This document shows positions 1 through 24,531 of a stretch of 64,000 nucleotides of DNA, piece after piece (positions within the stretch are counted from its first letter, which is position 1; the number at the start of each line of letters is the position of its first letter). Made by a program: the position numbers and the translations under genes. The stretch is from the human T2T-CHM13v2.0 reference genome, Homo sapiens. The stretch lies in assembly GCF_009914755.1 (NCBI RefSeq), contig NC_060936.1, one strand, 5' to 3'. The notes beneath the pieces are model-generated. The model did not search any database. It was given only the letters and a program-made list of their open reading frames with translations, and was not told the DNA's origin.

Positions 1-819
1 GTGCTGGGAAAGAAAGGCAGTTGGAGGGATGTGTGGGTGCCTGGGAGGGCGTGGGTGGTGCCCAGGAGGCTATGGGAATCAGAATCACACTTGCACAAGA
101 GAAGACCCTTATGGGACAAGTAAAATCAGCATAGTTTCTTGGGCGGGGCAAAGGTGTCCTGATGAGGATGCTAGGGGTCAAATATGTGGCTGGGTTCTGC
201 CCCAATCGGGAATGAGACACAGTACTGAAGTGGAACGGGGGTAGCATCTCCACCCACCTTCACAGCCTCTGGGGAAAAGAAAGCTTTCCTTGCAGCCCAA
301 CTCCAGGGGCCTAAATATTGAGCGCCAACATAAGACAGGTCCTTGAGCTTCTCGGAGCGAGTCGGGGAAGCAGATAATTTCAGATGCAAAGTGCCTTGAA
401 TAAACAGAACGAAAGATAGAGAGCCAGAGGGGGAGAAACGGCTTGGTGTGGTCAGGGCAGGCATCCATGAGACCTAAACGAAGAGGGGGCATTCCAGACA
501 AAAGGAACAGTGATCACAGAGGCCCCGAGTCAGGAACCAGCTAAGGGTCTTAGAGAAGAGCTGCCTCGTAAAGCTAAGCAACAATAACCAGGGAATGGTG
601 GGCATGGGCCCTGATAGACAAGGCAGGTCTTGGCTTTTTAAGCCATAGAATTGGATTTTAGGAGGGATGGGCCCGCCGACAAAGCCAACAAAGTTTTAAC
701 CCGAAGATCGCTATCTTATTTATGCTTTAAAAAGACCTCTCTGGCCTTTCTGCGAAGCTCTATCCTTAGCTTTCTCTTGTTAGCATTTTGATTAACGAAT
801 GTGGGCACGAACAGCCAGC

Positions 820-1260
820 TGACCGACCGCGCGCGCAGTCGAGCGTCGGTTCATCGCCTTGGGAGGGACCACTGGAGGCCCCGCCCCCTGGCCGCGAGCG
901 CACCTCGGCCCCGCTCCCGAGGCCCTACGGGCGTGGCCTCTGTCCCGGGTCCCGCCCCCCAGCACTCCGGAACAGCGCGCTCGCAGCGGGAGGTCGCGAA
1001 GCCTGGGACTGTGTCTGTCGCCCATGGCCGCCGCGCTGCTCGCCCGGGCCTCGGGCCCTGCCCGCAGAGGTGAGTGCGCTGGGGATCCGTACGGCGGGGC
1101 TTCAGCCCGCGTCTGGCCCAGCGGGCGGAGGTCCTGGCGGCCGGCTCTGTCAGAGCCGCTGGCAGGCGGAGCCCCACTCCGGGAGCGCTCACGGCCTTTG
1201 CCCCAGTTCTGCTGCTCCTTGCGCCGACCCAGCCCGGCCCTTCAGGCGTCCCTGGTTCCT
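820..1260 (+). promoter_or_regulatory. ACADS: CpG-island, TATA-less ACADS promoter and first exon region
   Basis: Dense CpG; GC boxes GGCCCCGCCCCC 877-888 and CCCGCCCC 951-958; NRF1-like CGCGCGCGCA 828-837; directly upstream of ATG 1024. Confidence 0.85.
1024..1069 (+). CDS. ACADS: ACADS exon 1 coding part (mitochondrial presequence start)
   Basis: MAAALLARASGPARR, Kozak cccATGG, donor AG|GTGAGT at 1070; 46 nt. Confidence 0.98.
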
Positions 1261-1339
1261 GCACAGACCCCTACCCCCCGATTGACCCCAGCCACCAGCC
1301 CAGTTCCCAGTTCCCATATCTCCCTCCCTTCATTTCACC

Positions 1340-1810
1340 CCCACTAGAGGTTCAGGGTGCGTCCTTCTTCCGGAGCCAGGCCTGGGATTGAACCAGACCC
1401 GCATCTGTGACCTTGGGCAAGACAGCCCCTCCTCAGCCTCGGTTGGCCCATGTGTAAAATGTCCACAGAGAAAATCAGAGTTGTTGGGAGGATTAAATCA
1501 TAGGGTATGTAAAGCACTTCGTGCCTGGCGTGTAACAGGTGTTCCACAAATGCTCGTTCTTGCTGGTTAATACAGTACCTTTCCCATCTTACGTGTCTCC
1601 AGTTGTAGCAGCCGTGACACATATAGCCACGGCTTCCTTTGCCTGGCCTGAATTACAAGGGGAACGCTACTGAGAACTGTGTTAAGCGCTAGTTAGTCTT
1701 TCTTTCGCACTCCGAGGAGCGGAATACTATTCGCCTCCACTTGTTATAGAAACGGAGGCTCACTGACGTTTAAAACCCTTGCCTAAGGTCACAGAGCTGA
1801 GGTCTTATTA
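1340..1810. mobile_element. MIR fragments, ACADS intron 1
   Basis: MIR core motifs (tgtgaccttgggcaag, gaaacggaggctca, aaggtcacagag). Confidence 0.65.
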
Positions 1811-1881
1811 CTGTTGGTATTATACTGAGGACTGAAGGATGTAGTGTATGGAAATGTCTAGTGAGTGTACTAAGCATTCAG

Positions 1882-2107
1882 TTAGTATGGGGTTTTCAGT
1901 GGCCGCCATGGACATTTTGGGCTGACAGTTCTTTGTTGTGGGGGCTGTCCTCTGCCTTGTTGGATGTTCAGCAGGGATCCCGGACCCCTATCCACTGGGT
2001 ACCAATAGTATTCCCCTGCTCTAGTTGTGACAACTAGAACTGGCTCCAGACATTGCCAGATGTCCCTTGGAGGGCAAAATCCTCCCTGGTGAGTTAGTGG
2101 GTCACTA
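1882..2107 (+). mobile_element. MER20-like hAT DNA transposon
   Basis: ttctttgttgtggggggctgtcct...gttgtgacaac...ctccagacattgccagatgtccc resembles MER20. Confidence 0.8.
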
Positions 2108-2108
2108 G

Positions 2109-2393
<285 letters not shown>

Positions 2394-2682
2394 TGACAGT
2401 CAGCGGCACTCGGACTCTGGTAGAGGAACCCCAAAGCAGGGCCTGGAACCCAGAAAATGCTCTGGAAGTTTCCCTTGTCCAGCCTGTGGCCAGTAGCCAG
2501 GACTTAACTTCTGGGACAACAGTAATATGTGGTGGATGGTCAGTTGCTTACTGTGCCAGCCACTGTGCTCATTCTAAATAGTGCCTTTAGGGTGTTTGGC
2601 ATGCACTAGGCACTGTTCTTGAGATGGGTTATCTCATCTGTTCCTCACAACGGTCCTGTGAGGTGAAGGTACTATTCTTATT

Positions 2683-6530
<3,848 letters not shown>

Positions 6531-6545
6531 CCTGCGTATTTCTAG

Positions 6546-8403
<1,858 letters not shown>

Positions 8404-8673
8404 AATCCTTGTATTTTTAGTAGAGACGGGGTTTTACCATGTTGGCCAGGCTGGTCTCGAACTCCTGACCTCAGGTGATCCACCTGCCTCAGCTACCAAA
8501 GTGCTGGGAATACAAGCATGAGCCACTGCGCCTGGCAAAGTACTCTGAAGTGTGGGCTAGAAAAGTGTTCTGTTCAGAGGCCATGTGTGTGCTGCCGCAG
8601 GTCTGTGTCTCCAGGTCCTCTTCCTAGTGAAAAGCACTCTCTCACTTGGACTTCCCCTTCCCTAGTTGGTTCC

Positions 8674-8738
8674 TGCCTGCTGAAATGGTGCCTGCTGAAA
8701 TGGTGCCTGCTGAAATGGTGCCTGCTGAAATGGTGCCT
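8674..8738. repeat. Perfect 15-bp tandem repeat (TGCCTGCTGAAATGG)x4.3
   Basis: Directly visible. Confidence 0.95.
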
Positions 8739-8849
8739 ATTCTGAGCAGGACCCCCCTCCCCAGGTGTGTGGCGGCCACAGAACAATCTTCTTTTTAGTA
8801 ATTCTCAAAATGACACCTCCCTGGTAGCTCTGAGTTCCCATTTGTCACT

Positions 8850-9430
8850 GTGGATGAGTTTCCTATTGCTGCTGTAACAAATGACCACAAACCCTGTGGC
8901 TTAAAGCAATACAGATATATTCTCTGACCATTCAAGACCAGCCTGGGCAACATAGCAAGACCCCATCTCTACCAAAAAAAAAAAAAAAAAATAGAAAAAA
9001 CAAAACCAAACCATGGCAGCCACTTGAGAAATGCTGTTCACGAGTTACTCAACCCGAGTCAGGCATCCAGTGTGGGTCCCACAGGGCTAAATCAAGGCAT
9101 CGGCAGGACTGAGTTCCCTCTGGAGGCTCTGGGGAAATCCACTCCTGTCTTTCCCAGTTCTAGAGGCCGCCTGCATTCTTCCCGCCAGAGTTCCTGCCTC
9201 TGCTTCCGTCATCACCTCTCCTTCTCTGAGTCTGTGTCTGTCTTTGCCTTACAAAGACTCTGTGATGACACTGGGTGACTCTGATCATCCAGAATAACCC
9301 TCACATCTCCAGACGCTTCACTTACGTGTGCAAAGTCCCTATTGCCACGGAAGGGAACATACTCCTGGGACCTGGGATTAGGATGGGGACATCTTGGGCG
9401 GTTGCTGTCATGCTGCCTTCCACACACTGG
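8850..9430. mobile_element. MLT1-type MaLR LTR, interrupted at ~8928-9060
   Basis: tttcctattgctgctgtaacaaatgaccacaaac...ctggaggctctgggg...gggattagga motifs. Confidence 0.75.
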
Positions 9431-9749
9431 CCATCTCCTTCCCAGCTTCTCTGCCCTCTGACTGCAGCACAGCATCTGCCTGGGGGCCGCAGAGCTTGAT
9501 GTGCACTTGTGGGGGTCATAGCTCAAGCCTCTCAGCACACACGTTTATGCCCCACATGTGGTACGTGTGGGAGACTCGGAGATGACGCTCCGCCCCGCAC
9601 TTAGAGTCTTACAAGTGAGTTTCCCATGGGAACAGTTCAAGGAAGAATCAAATAAGCAATTTCACAGAGGGACACACAGGTTGTCACAGAAGTGCTGCAG
9701 GCTCCTAGGTGCCCCCTCTTTTCCATACGTTATTGCCAAAGTAAGAACT

Positions 9750-11404
<1,655 letters not shown>

Positions 11405-11616
11405 ACTCTTAATATGATTATTACCCAGAATTAAGAGTCCCAAGCTCTTATCCTTCATTCATTCTCTCACTGGCCTTGGGCATGTAGCAGTGAGCAAGAG
11501 CACACACAGTCTGTGCCCTCGTGGTGAAGGCAAAAGACCTTAATCCAGAGAAGCACGTTCATCCCTGAGAAATTCCAGCCGCAGAAGTGCTGCAGGAGAG
11601 GGACTGAAGGATTTGA

Positions 11617-12342
<726 letters not shown>

Positions 12343-12478
12343 TGATCTCTCTGGAGACGTCACAGGCCTTGGTCCTACTGGGTAGGCCCTGGACAGAACA
12401 GGCCCTGAGGTGCAGCCCGCAGGTGGGCAGGATGCGCCTGGGCCTGGGGCCTCCGACCGCTCCCCGCTGTCCTCCTAG

Positions 12479-12655
<177 letters not shown>

Positions 12656-12775
12656 TAGGCCAACTGCCCACTGCTTCGGAGGCCAGAGGGGAGGCTCCCC
12701 GTGTGGTTGGTAGGGTGAGCGCTCTTGCCACCGCGGCGCTGGGAGGAAGATTGCCTTCGGGGTCCCCTGGTTTAA

Positions 12776-13168
<393 letters not shown>

Positions 13169-13171
13169 TAG

Positions 13172-13311
13172 GGCCTTCTCTCCTTGGCCCGACTGGACCT
13201 ATTTTTGCTCTGGGGCAAGTGGGCTGTCCCTGTCCCTCCTCAGCTGCCACTGAAGCCTGCACCTTCCCCAGAAGCCGGCAGAGGGTGTCAAGGCCTGAGC
13301 TTCCGAGGGAG
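13172..13311 (+). CDS. ACADS: ACADS alternative exon 5b (can replace exon 5, 408-aa isoform)
   Basis: tttctgtttctag acceptor, GAG|GTGGGG donor; 140 nt with the same phases as exon 5; open frame [18 protein letters not shown]...RPELPRE. Confidence 0.7.
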
Positions 13312-13402
13312 GTGGGGAGGGGACCGGGTTGGTGTTGGGTGTGCTGGTGTGAGGGTGTGGCTGAGGGGCAGCTCTGAGAAAACCACCCGCCTCTCCTTTC
13401 AG

Positions 13403-13573
13403 AGCATCAGTGCCTTCCTGGTCCCCATGCCAACGCCTGGGCTCACGTTGGGGAAGAAAGAAGACAAGCTGGGCATCCGGGGCTCATCCACGGCCAACCT
13501 CATCTTTGAGGACTGTCGCATCCCCAAGGACAGCATCCTGGGGGAGCCAGGGATGGGCTTCAAGATAGCCATG
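13403..13573 (+). CDS. ACADS: ACADS exon 6 (first codon AGC = Ser209 variant)
   Basis: [31 protein letters not shown]...GFKIAM; 171 nt. Confidence 0.98.
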
Positions 13574-13637
13574 GTGAGCCCGGCAGTGGGGGTGGCACCT
13601 TGAGGCCAGGCCCGCGCCCCGGCTGGCGGGCCACTGA

Positions 13638-14191
<554 letters not shown>

Positions 14192-14262
14192 TGAGGGAGT
14201 GGGGGAGCAGGGGATGGAGGGGTCCCCTCAAGGGAAGGCTCTGACTGTACCCCCATGTTTAG

Positions 14263-14319
14263 GAGGCAGCCATGGCCAAGCTGGCCGCCTCGGAGGCCGC
14301 GACCGCCATCAGCCACCAG
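14263..14319 (+). CDS. ACADS: ACADS exon 9
   Basis: EAAMAKLAASEAATAISHQ; 57 nt. Confidence 0.98.
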
Positions 14320-14343
14320 GTGAGTGTCCACAGTGAGCTCTGA

Positions 14344-14571
<228 letters not shown>

Positions 14572-15110
14572 GCCCGCGGCGGACTGCCCCACGACTGCGG
14601 GAAGGCGCGGGAGCCAGGGGCCTCCACCCCAACCCCGGCTCAGAGACTGGGCGGCCCGGCGGGGGCTCCCTGGGGACCCCAGATGGGCTCAGTGCTGCCA
14701 CCCAGATCAGATCACATGGGAATGAGGCCCTCCGACCATTGGCAGCTCCGCCTCTGGGCCTTTCCGCCTCCTCACCACTGTGCCTCAAGTTCCTCATCTA
14801 AGTGGCCCTGGCCTCCTGGGGGCGGGGTTGTGGGGGGGCTGAGCGACACTCAGGGACACCTCAGTTGTCCTCCCGCGGGCCCTGGTGCCCTGGCATGAAG
14901 GCCCAGTGCGACAGGCCCTTGGTGGGGTCTGTCTTTTCCTTGAGGTCAGAGGTCAGGAGCAGGGCTGGGGTCAGGATGACGAGGCCTGGGGTCCTGGTGT
15001 TGGGCAGGTGGTGGGGCTGGGCCATGGAGCTGGCCCAGAGGCCCCTCAGCCCTTTGTAAAGTCTGATGAAGGCAGGGGTGGTGATTCATGCTGTGTGGCT
15101 GACTGTGGGT

Positions 15111-15116
15111 AATAAA
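15111..15116 (+). terminator. ACADS: ACADS polyadenylation signal
   Basis: AATAAA 540 nt after the stop, followed by GT/T-rich sequence. Confidence 0.9.
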
Positions 15117-16394
15117 CACACCTGTCCCCCAGTCTGTGTCCTCGCCCTCTCCTGGGTGCTCCGGGGAGGGATGGTGGTCTCTGCACAGAGTCCTGCTCTC
15201 TGACAGTCTCACCCTGTGAGTGTTGGGGGTCTTGGGGAGGGGCCTGGCCACCTGGGAGGTTCCTGAGTTCCGGCAGAGGCCAGATTGGCCAAGGAGGCAG
15301 TTCAGGAATAGGAACTGGGTCCTGCAGGCCTCAGGGAGTGGCCCCTGGGGAGGGAGGGTGGGCCAGGCAGGGCCAGTGGGCTAGAAGGGGTTCTCTACGC
15401 AGGACCAGCCTCCAGGCAGGAGGAAGGAAGGCCCCAGATTGCCAGAGTCGGGGAGCAAAGCTGTGGAGGCCTCGAGCCCCAGGTGGGAGAACACAGAACC
15501 TCGAGAAGCAGCCATTGTGCTCACTAGCGCGCTCGGGGGCGGCCCTGGCCAGCCAGTGCGGGGGCTTGCCCTGGTCCTGGTGCCTGCAGGGCTTTCTCTG
15601 GGCAAAGGTGCCCCTGAAGCCAAGGTCCAAGCTCTTAACCCTCTGGGCCAGTGTCGATCTCAGCAGCTGGAAGAGAAAACAGTGAGCAAAGAAAGATTTC
15701 AAAGGAGGTGGGGACAGCCCTCCGCCGGGCAGGCAGGGCAGAGAGTCAAACTGGCATTGCTGGGAGGTCTCTGGAGGGAAGCGGGAGGGAGACGGTGACT
15801 TTAGGAGCTGTCATCAAAGGGGCGCCCAGGGACCCTGAGCCCCTGTTGGGGATGGATTTTTTTTTAGAGACAGAATCTCACTGTCACCCAGGCAGGAGTG
15901 CAGTGGCACAACCACAGCTTATCAGAACCTCAACCTCCCAGGCTCAAGTGATCCTCCCGTCTCAGCCTCCCAGGTAACTGGGACTACAGGTGCACACTAC
16001 CATGGCCAGCTAATTTTTAAATTTTTTGTAGAGATGGGGTCTTGCTTTGTTGCCCAGGCTGGTCTTGAACTCCTGGGCTCAAGTGATCCTCCCACCTCGG
16101 CCTCCCAAGTGGGATTTCTGTGCCAGGTGCTGGTGCCCCGCAGCCGAAGGATCCAGCCTGGAGCTGCTGCTCTGCAGGGCAGCTCTGCCCTTGACCCCGC
16201 CCTGACCTGGGCCTGGTCCAGGGCCCCGGGGAATAGGAGTGCGCTTCTTTGAGCGAATTTAGGTCCTGATTTACCCCACAGGCAGGGTGTGCGCAGAGCC
16301 CACGGGTAGTGTGTTCCCTGCTAACGAGGCACACCTGTGGCTTCTGGGAAGCGCGTCCTCCTGGGCTCCCGAGGTCAGTGGCGTCCTGCGCAGT

Positions 16395-16498
16395 CTGCAG
16401 AAGTTTGGGTCCCTGGGCTTTCCTCCTGGCTCCAGGTAAGTGCCGCCTGCAGAAGTTTGGGTCCCTGGGCTTTCCTCCTGGCTCCAGGTAAGTGCCGC
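16395..16498. repeat. Exact 52-bp tandem duplication
   Basis: 16395-16446 identical to 16447-16498. Confidence 0.95.
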
Positions 16499-17677
16499 AG
16501 GGTCTTGGCTCCTGGCTCACACTCTCTCGGGGTCTCCTGATCTGCTCCTGTCCCTGCCCTGGGCTCAGGTGCAAGCCAAAGGTAGCAGAGCAGAGGGGGA
16601 CCCAGGATGCTTCCAGAAGCAGCGCATTTGAGCCCTTCCACCTGGGGGCAGATGAAGGCCTGTCATTCCCTGTCCCCATGAGCCCGGGGACAGTGGGGAG
16701 GGGGTGTTTGGAGGCGCTGTGCCCCCGCCCGGCGAGGCAGCGCTGCTCCTGACGCAGATGCGGCGTGGGGTTGAGGTTGTCTTTGGGCCCTTCCTCCAGG
16801 TGATGGGGGAGAGGAACCCAAACAGCATTCATCCCAGGCTGGGGACCTGGCTGTCTTGGCTGGAGTTCAGGCCCCTCAGCTCCCCTGCCCTACCCGCTGA
16901 GAAGGGTCTGGGCCCTGGAGGGTCAAAGGTAGCCGACTTGAGCCACACCGCTCCCAGCAGGGCAGAGGGCTGGAGTCAGCACAGGCCGAGTGGCAGCCCT
17001 GGAGGGGTTTCTGCTTCTCAGACCTGCCCAGGGCTCGTTCAGGTGGCCACGAAGAGCCTTTCCAGGAAGTGCAGCCTCGGAGGCCTGGGGTCCTCCATTT
17101 CAGATGAAGCAACCCAGGCTCCGACCCAAGAGCCAGTCTGTGCACTCGGGGGCTTTGAGGTGCCGTCGTGGGTCCGGGGTCTGTCCTTCGGTGAGGGAGA
17201 GTCGGCACAAACCCTTGGCTTTGACGGGGTGCTGCCCGTTAGTGGAAGCTCCTCCTAACTTAGAACTGAATGTGGACTCTGCCCCCGGGCCACTGGAGCC
17301 CGAACTGTCCTAGAGCCCATGCCCCTCTGGATACAGTTCCCTCAGTGTAGATTTCCTAAGGACAAGGACGTTCACTTACAGAACAACAGGACCGTTTCCC
17401 ACCCTGGTCAACTTTCACATCTGCACACTCCACTCGGATTGTGCCAGCTGGCACGGTGTCTGCGAAGTCAGCTCTTCTCAAGGTCCAGGGGCCTGCATTG
17501 CATGTAGCTGAGAGGCCACCTGTTTCCTTCCCTCTAGCCCTCTGGGACAAGTTCTCCATGCTTTGGTTCTTTTTTTTTTTTTTTTTTGGAGATGGAGTCT
17601 CGCTCTGTTGCCAGGCTGGAGTACAGTGGCGCAATCTCGGCTCACCGCAGCCTCCACATCCCGGTTTCAAGCGATAA

Positions 17678-17893
<216 letters not shown>

Positions 17894-19253
17894 TAAGTGT
17901 GGCTTTTGCTTCATCTCATACATTTTAGTGTCATATTTTCCTTATTACTCAGTTTTCTGAGGCCCATTGTGCTTTCTATTTTGATTTATCAGTTATTTAG
18001 GAGAGTATTATTATGTTTTGAAACAGGGTCTCTTCTCGCTTGGGCTGGAGTGTAGTGGTATAATCGCAGCTCACCACAGCCTTGACCTCCCAGGCTCAGG
18101 TGGGCCTCTTACCTCAGCCTCCCAAGTGGATGGGACTACAGGCGCCACCACACCTGGCTATTTTTTGTATTTTTAGTAGAGATGGGGTTTCACCATCTCT
18201 ACTAAACATGTGACCAGCCCAGGCTAGTCTCAAACTCTTGGGCTCAAGTGATCTGCCCGCCTTGGCCTCCCAGAGTTCTGGGATTACAGGTGTGAGTCAC
18301 CATGCCTGGCCAAAGAGTATTATTTTATTAATATGGGGTTTTCTGAGGTATTTTTTGTTAATGATTTTTAAAAACTGTGACGGAGTTTACAGTTTTAACC
18401 ATTTTCAAGTGTACACTCAGTGGCATTAGGACATTCATCATGTTATGCAACCATTGCCACCATCTAGTTCCAGAACATTCTCATCACCCCAGCAGGAAAC
18501 TCCATACCTACTGTTGCTGGTTTTTACCTTAATTGCATTGTGGTCTCAGCACATTTTCTGCACTATTTGAATTTTTTGAAATCTGTTGAGATGTGCTTCA
18601 CGGCACTAAGTTACTTTTTATGAAGATTGAATATTAGCAATTTGGTTTTTCCATGTTGATACGTGAAGTTCTAGTTCATTTATGTGGATGGCTGCATGGT
18701 GTCCCATGGGATAAACTATATTGAGGTAGTTTCCTGCTTTTTACTCTATAAACCATGATGCAGTGGACATTCTGGCATGTGTGTTTTTCTAATGTGAGAA
18801 CTTGTGAGCATTTAAATCGAAGTGGGCTTGCTGGGCCTTAAGGCTGTTTATTTCTTCAGCTTCGCCAGATATTGCCAAATGGCCCTCCAGAGGTTGGATC
18901 AGTGGTCGGATCACCCTCTATGCATATGCGAGGGTTGATGACGCGCATTCTCCCCGTTCCTTGGCACCCACAGATTTTACAAACGTTCTTCAATATGGTT
19001 GTGATTTTAACTTGCATCTCCCTGGTTTCTTGAGAAACTGCACGTCTTTTCACGTGGTGATTGGTCATTCTGGTTTCTGCTGTGAATTGCTATTGTCTGT
19101 TTCTTCTTTGGGTTGTAATTGATTTGTAATTGTCCCACGTGTTTACTCTTGATACTAATCATTTGTCAGATATCTGGTTGCAAAAGGACTCATACAGTGT
19201 GTGGTTTTCCCTTTATTTATTATTTTTTTTTGAGACAGAGTCTCGCTCTGTAG

Positions 19254-19418
<165 letters not shown>

Positions 19419-19449
19419 TAGCCAGGATGGTCTCGATCTCCTGAACTCA

Positions 19450-20086
<637 letters not shown>

Positions 20087-20852
20087 GGCTCTTACGTGTA
20101 GCAGAAGGGCAGACATGGTGCAGGCAGGCCAGAGACCTAACAGGAATTTGCAGAGCTCCAGAGCCTGAAGACTCAGCCCCGGCAGATTGCTTAGGCCAAG
20201 GGCAGGGGCGTGGGAAGGAAAACCTGGCATCCGGAAAACGGAGCCATCTGAACGGATGCCCCTGATGCTGCTCTCCAGCCCAAACTCTCCAGGGTGCAGA
20301 GGGTGGCTGCCTCTCCATAGGAAGGTGAGGGCTTCTGCTACTGGAAGAGTCTGCGGAAGCCGCTCCCAACAAGGCCACAGGTGCCCCTCTGCAGCGGCCC
20401 TCACCTCCTCTCCTGGCTGCCGGGCCCATGACTGCGGTCGAAGCCCAGTGTCACCCAGCTGGGGACAGGCTGGAGCTGATGAGAAAGCGACGCTACACTG
20501 GTATTGGTTTTCTACTCTAGCAACACATCACTACACGCTTAGTGGCTTGAAGAAATACCCATCTTAAAGGGCCAGGCACAGCAGCTCAGCCCTGTAATCT
20601 CAGCTCTTCGGGAGGCCGAGGTGGGAGGATGGCTTGAGCCCAGGAGTTCAAGAGCAGCCTGGGCAACACAGGGAGAGCCCATCTCTACAAAAAATAAAAA
20701 ATAAATTAGCTGGACGCAGTGCCGCATATCTAGAGTCCTAGCTACACAGGAGGCCAAGGAGGGAAGATCACCTGAGGCCAGGGATGCAAGACCAGCCTAG
20801 GCAACATAGTGAGACCCTGTCTCTACAAAAAAAAAAAAATTAGCCAGGCTCA

Positions 20853-20984
<132 letters not shown>

Positions 20985-21369
20985 TCAAAAAACCAAAAAA
21001 AAAAAAAAACCAAAAAAACAAACCCATCTCATAGTTTTCATGGTTCAGGAGTCTGGGCGTGGCTTAGCTGGATGCTCTGTCCAGGGTCTCACAAACTGAA
21101 AGCAAGGGACTGCAGTCTCATCTGAAACTCCGTTCCCTTCCACGCTCACGTGAGCATTAGCAACATAGCAAGGCCCCATCTTAAAAAAAAAAAGCATAAA
21201 CATATAAATACTAAAAGAGTCCGAGGAAGTGAGACGGGCGAGTCAGGGGACTCATGTTTTTGGTACGAGATTTTAATACAATTTGATTTTTGTGTATTTT
21301 ATATTTAATACACAAAATGAAAACATGGCATACCAAAACCTATCATACTCAGCCGGGCGCGGTGGCTCA

Positions 21370-21701
<332 letters not shown>

Positions 21702-22370
21702 TTATCTTCCAGGAAAACAAATACACAGAATTGATTCTAGAGAAGGCAGAAAAAACAAACAAACACAAAAAACAGACCAGTAAGACTAGAACAAATTGAA
21801 AAGGAGTTAAACATTTGTCCCCACAAAAGGCATCTCCTAACAGAGTCAGTGGAAATGTAACTCAACTGGAATTGCCTCTCAGAGCAGGCGGAAGGGTAAA
21901 TTGGTACAATTATTGAGGAGAAATGCTGTATTCCAACAATGAGCATACATACAACTATAAAAAAGAATGAACTACTGACCATAAATTGCTAACATGGCTG
22001 AATCTTACAAATGTAACATTAAGCAAAAAAGGTTAGGCTCAAAGCTGGGCACAGTGGCGTGCACCTATAACCCTGGCTACTTGGAGGCTGAGGTAGGAGG
22101 ATTGCTTGAGGATGCTCCAGCAGTTGGAGACCAACCTGGGAAACATAAGGAGACCCCCATCTCAAAACAAGCAAACAAAGTTAAATTTAAAAAAAGGTAG
22201 GCCAGACATGGTGGCTCACGCCTGTAATCCCAGCACTTTGGGAGTCCGAGGCGGGCGGGTCATGAGGTTAGGAGATCAAGACCATCCTGGCTAACAGAGT
22301 GAAACCCTGTCTCTACTAAAAATAACAAAAATTAGCTGGGCGTGGTGGCGTATGTCTGTAATCCCAGCTA

Positions 22371-22488
<118 letters not shown>

Positions 22489-23062
22489 TTATAGTCAAGA
22501 CTTCATAATGTATTCACTGTATTACATGAATTTCAAATGCAAGCAAAACTAATCTGTGGTGACTGAAATTAGAACAGTGGTTACCTTGGGGGCCACTGAC
22601 AAGAGGCACAAGAGAAGCTTGCTGGGTGCTGGAAAGGTTTTATATTCTGATCCGAGTGGTGGTGGTTCAGGTATAGTCATGTGGAAAGAGTCACGAAGGC
22701 TGTACACTTAAAATAGGTGGACATTAATGCTTCCAGCTCAGTATTTTTTTTTTTTAATAAAAAAAAAAAAAACACGGTATCTGGCCCAGATGGCTCTATT
22801 GAGAGTTCTAAAAGAGGCAAGAGGAAAGGCCAAGGGTTTCCACAGTCTGCGTTTCTGTTGTGAGCAGGCCTGGCTTACTCAGTCTTTGCTGCTCTCTGGG
22901 AGTGCCTGGAGCTATGGCACTGACCTGGGACAAGCTGAGAAGGAAACTCTTGGAAGGTGCATGTAGTTACTGATGAATGTTAATCTGTAGGCCTGGTGCA
23001 CTGGGGCAGGATGAGCAGCCTGTCAGATGTCAGAATGTTTAACATCAAGATTTAGGATGTGC

Positions 23063-23431
<369 letters not shown>

Positions 23432-24032
23432 TTACCATGGCTGGTCATGTGGCAGGAAAGTGCCTATGTGACCATCTTCTTAGAACAACAGGTTTTGAGA
23501 CCTGGGTGTTTCCCTGGGCAGAGACATCTCACATCTCTGTGGTTCACACCTGGAAAGAAACACACCGTGCAGCCTGCTCTCGGCCTCCCTGGACTTTGTC
23601 TATGTGTATCTTTCTCTCTGGTCCCGTGGTGTATCCTTCGCTTAGTCAACCTTAGCTGTGATATAACCTCATCAGGTCATGTGAATCCTTCTAGTTAATA
23701 ACTGAAGTAGGAAGGGGTCCCGATTCATCCGCCATAGCCCCCAGCTCTGCCTCACTCAGGTCTGCTGTGCTCCCCTCTACATTTGCTCACAACCGCCTTC
23801 TCTCCCTAGAATTTTCTTCTGATCTTTAGTTCCCTGAATCAATATGCTTTCCTTTAATCTCTATAGCACTCAGGGTTTGGCTAAGGCAGGAAGCCAACAA
23901 CCTATATGCTAGTTCACCACCTTGGGGCAAACCAGAAGTCACCCACTATTAAAAAAAATTGTTTATTGCTGACATATTTCGTTTTTATTTCTGTTTATCT
24001 GGTTATGTTGAAGAACTTCGTTAGTTCTTTCA

Positions 24033-24531
<499 letters not shown>

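Noticed and set aside
788-1391. Overlapping ORFs across the ACADS promoter
   Set aside because: CpG-island composition artefact; the true frame is the spliced exon 1
16017-17258. 271-aa (-) and 184-aa (+) ORFs
   Set aside because: GC-rich; the longer one runs through a tandem duplication into an Alu; no recognisable domain or exon structure
20100-20500. GC-rich unique island with a CCGGAA motif as an enhancer
   Set aside because: A single short motif is insufficient without chromatin data
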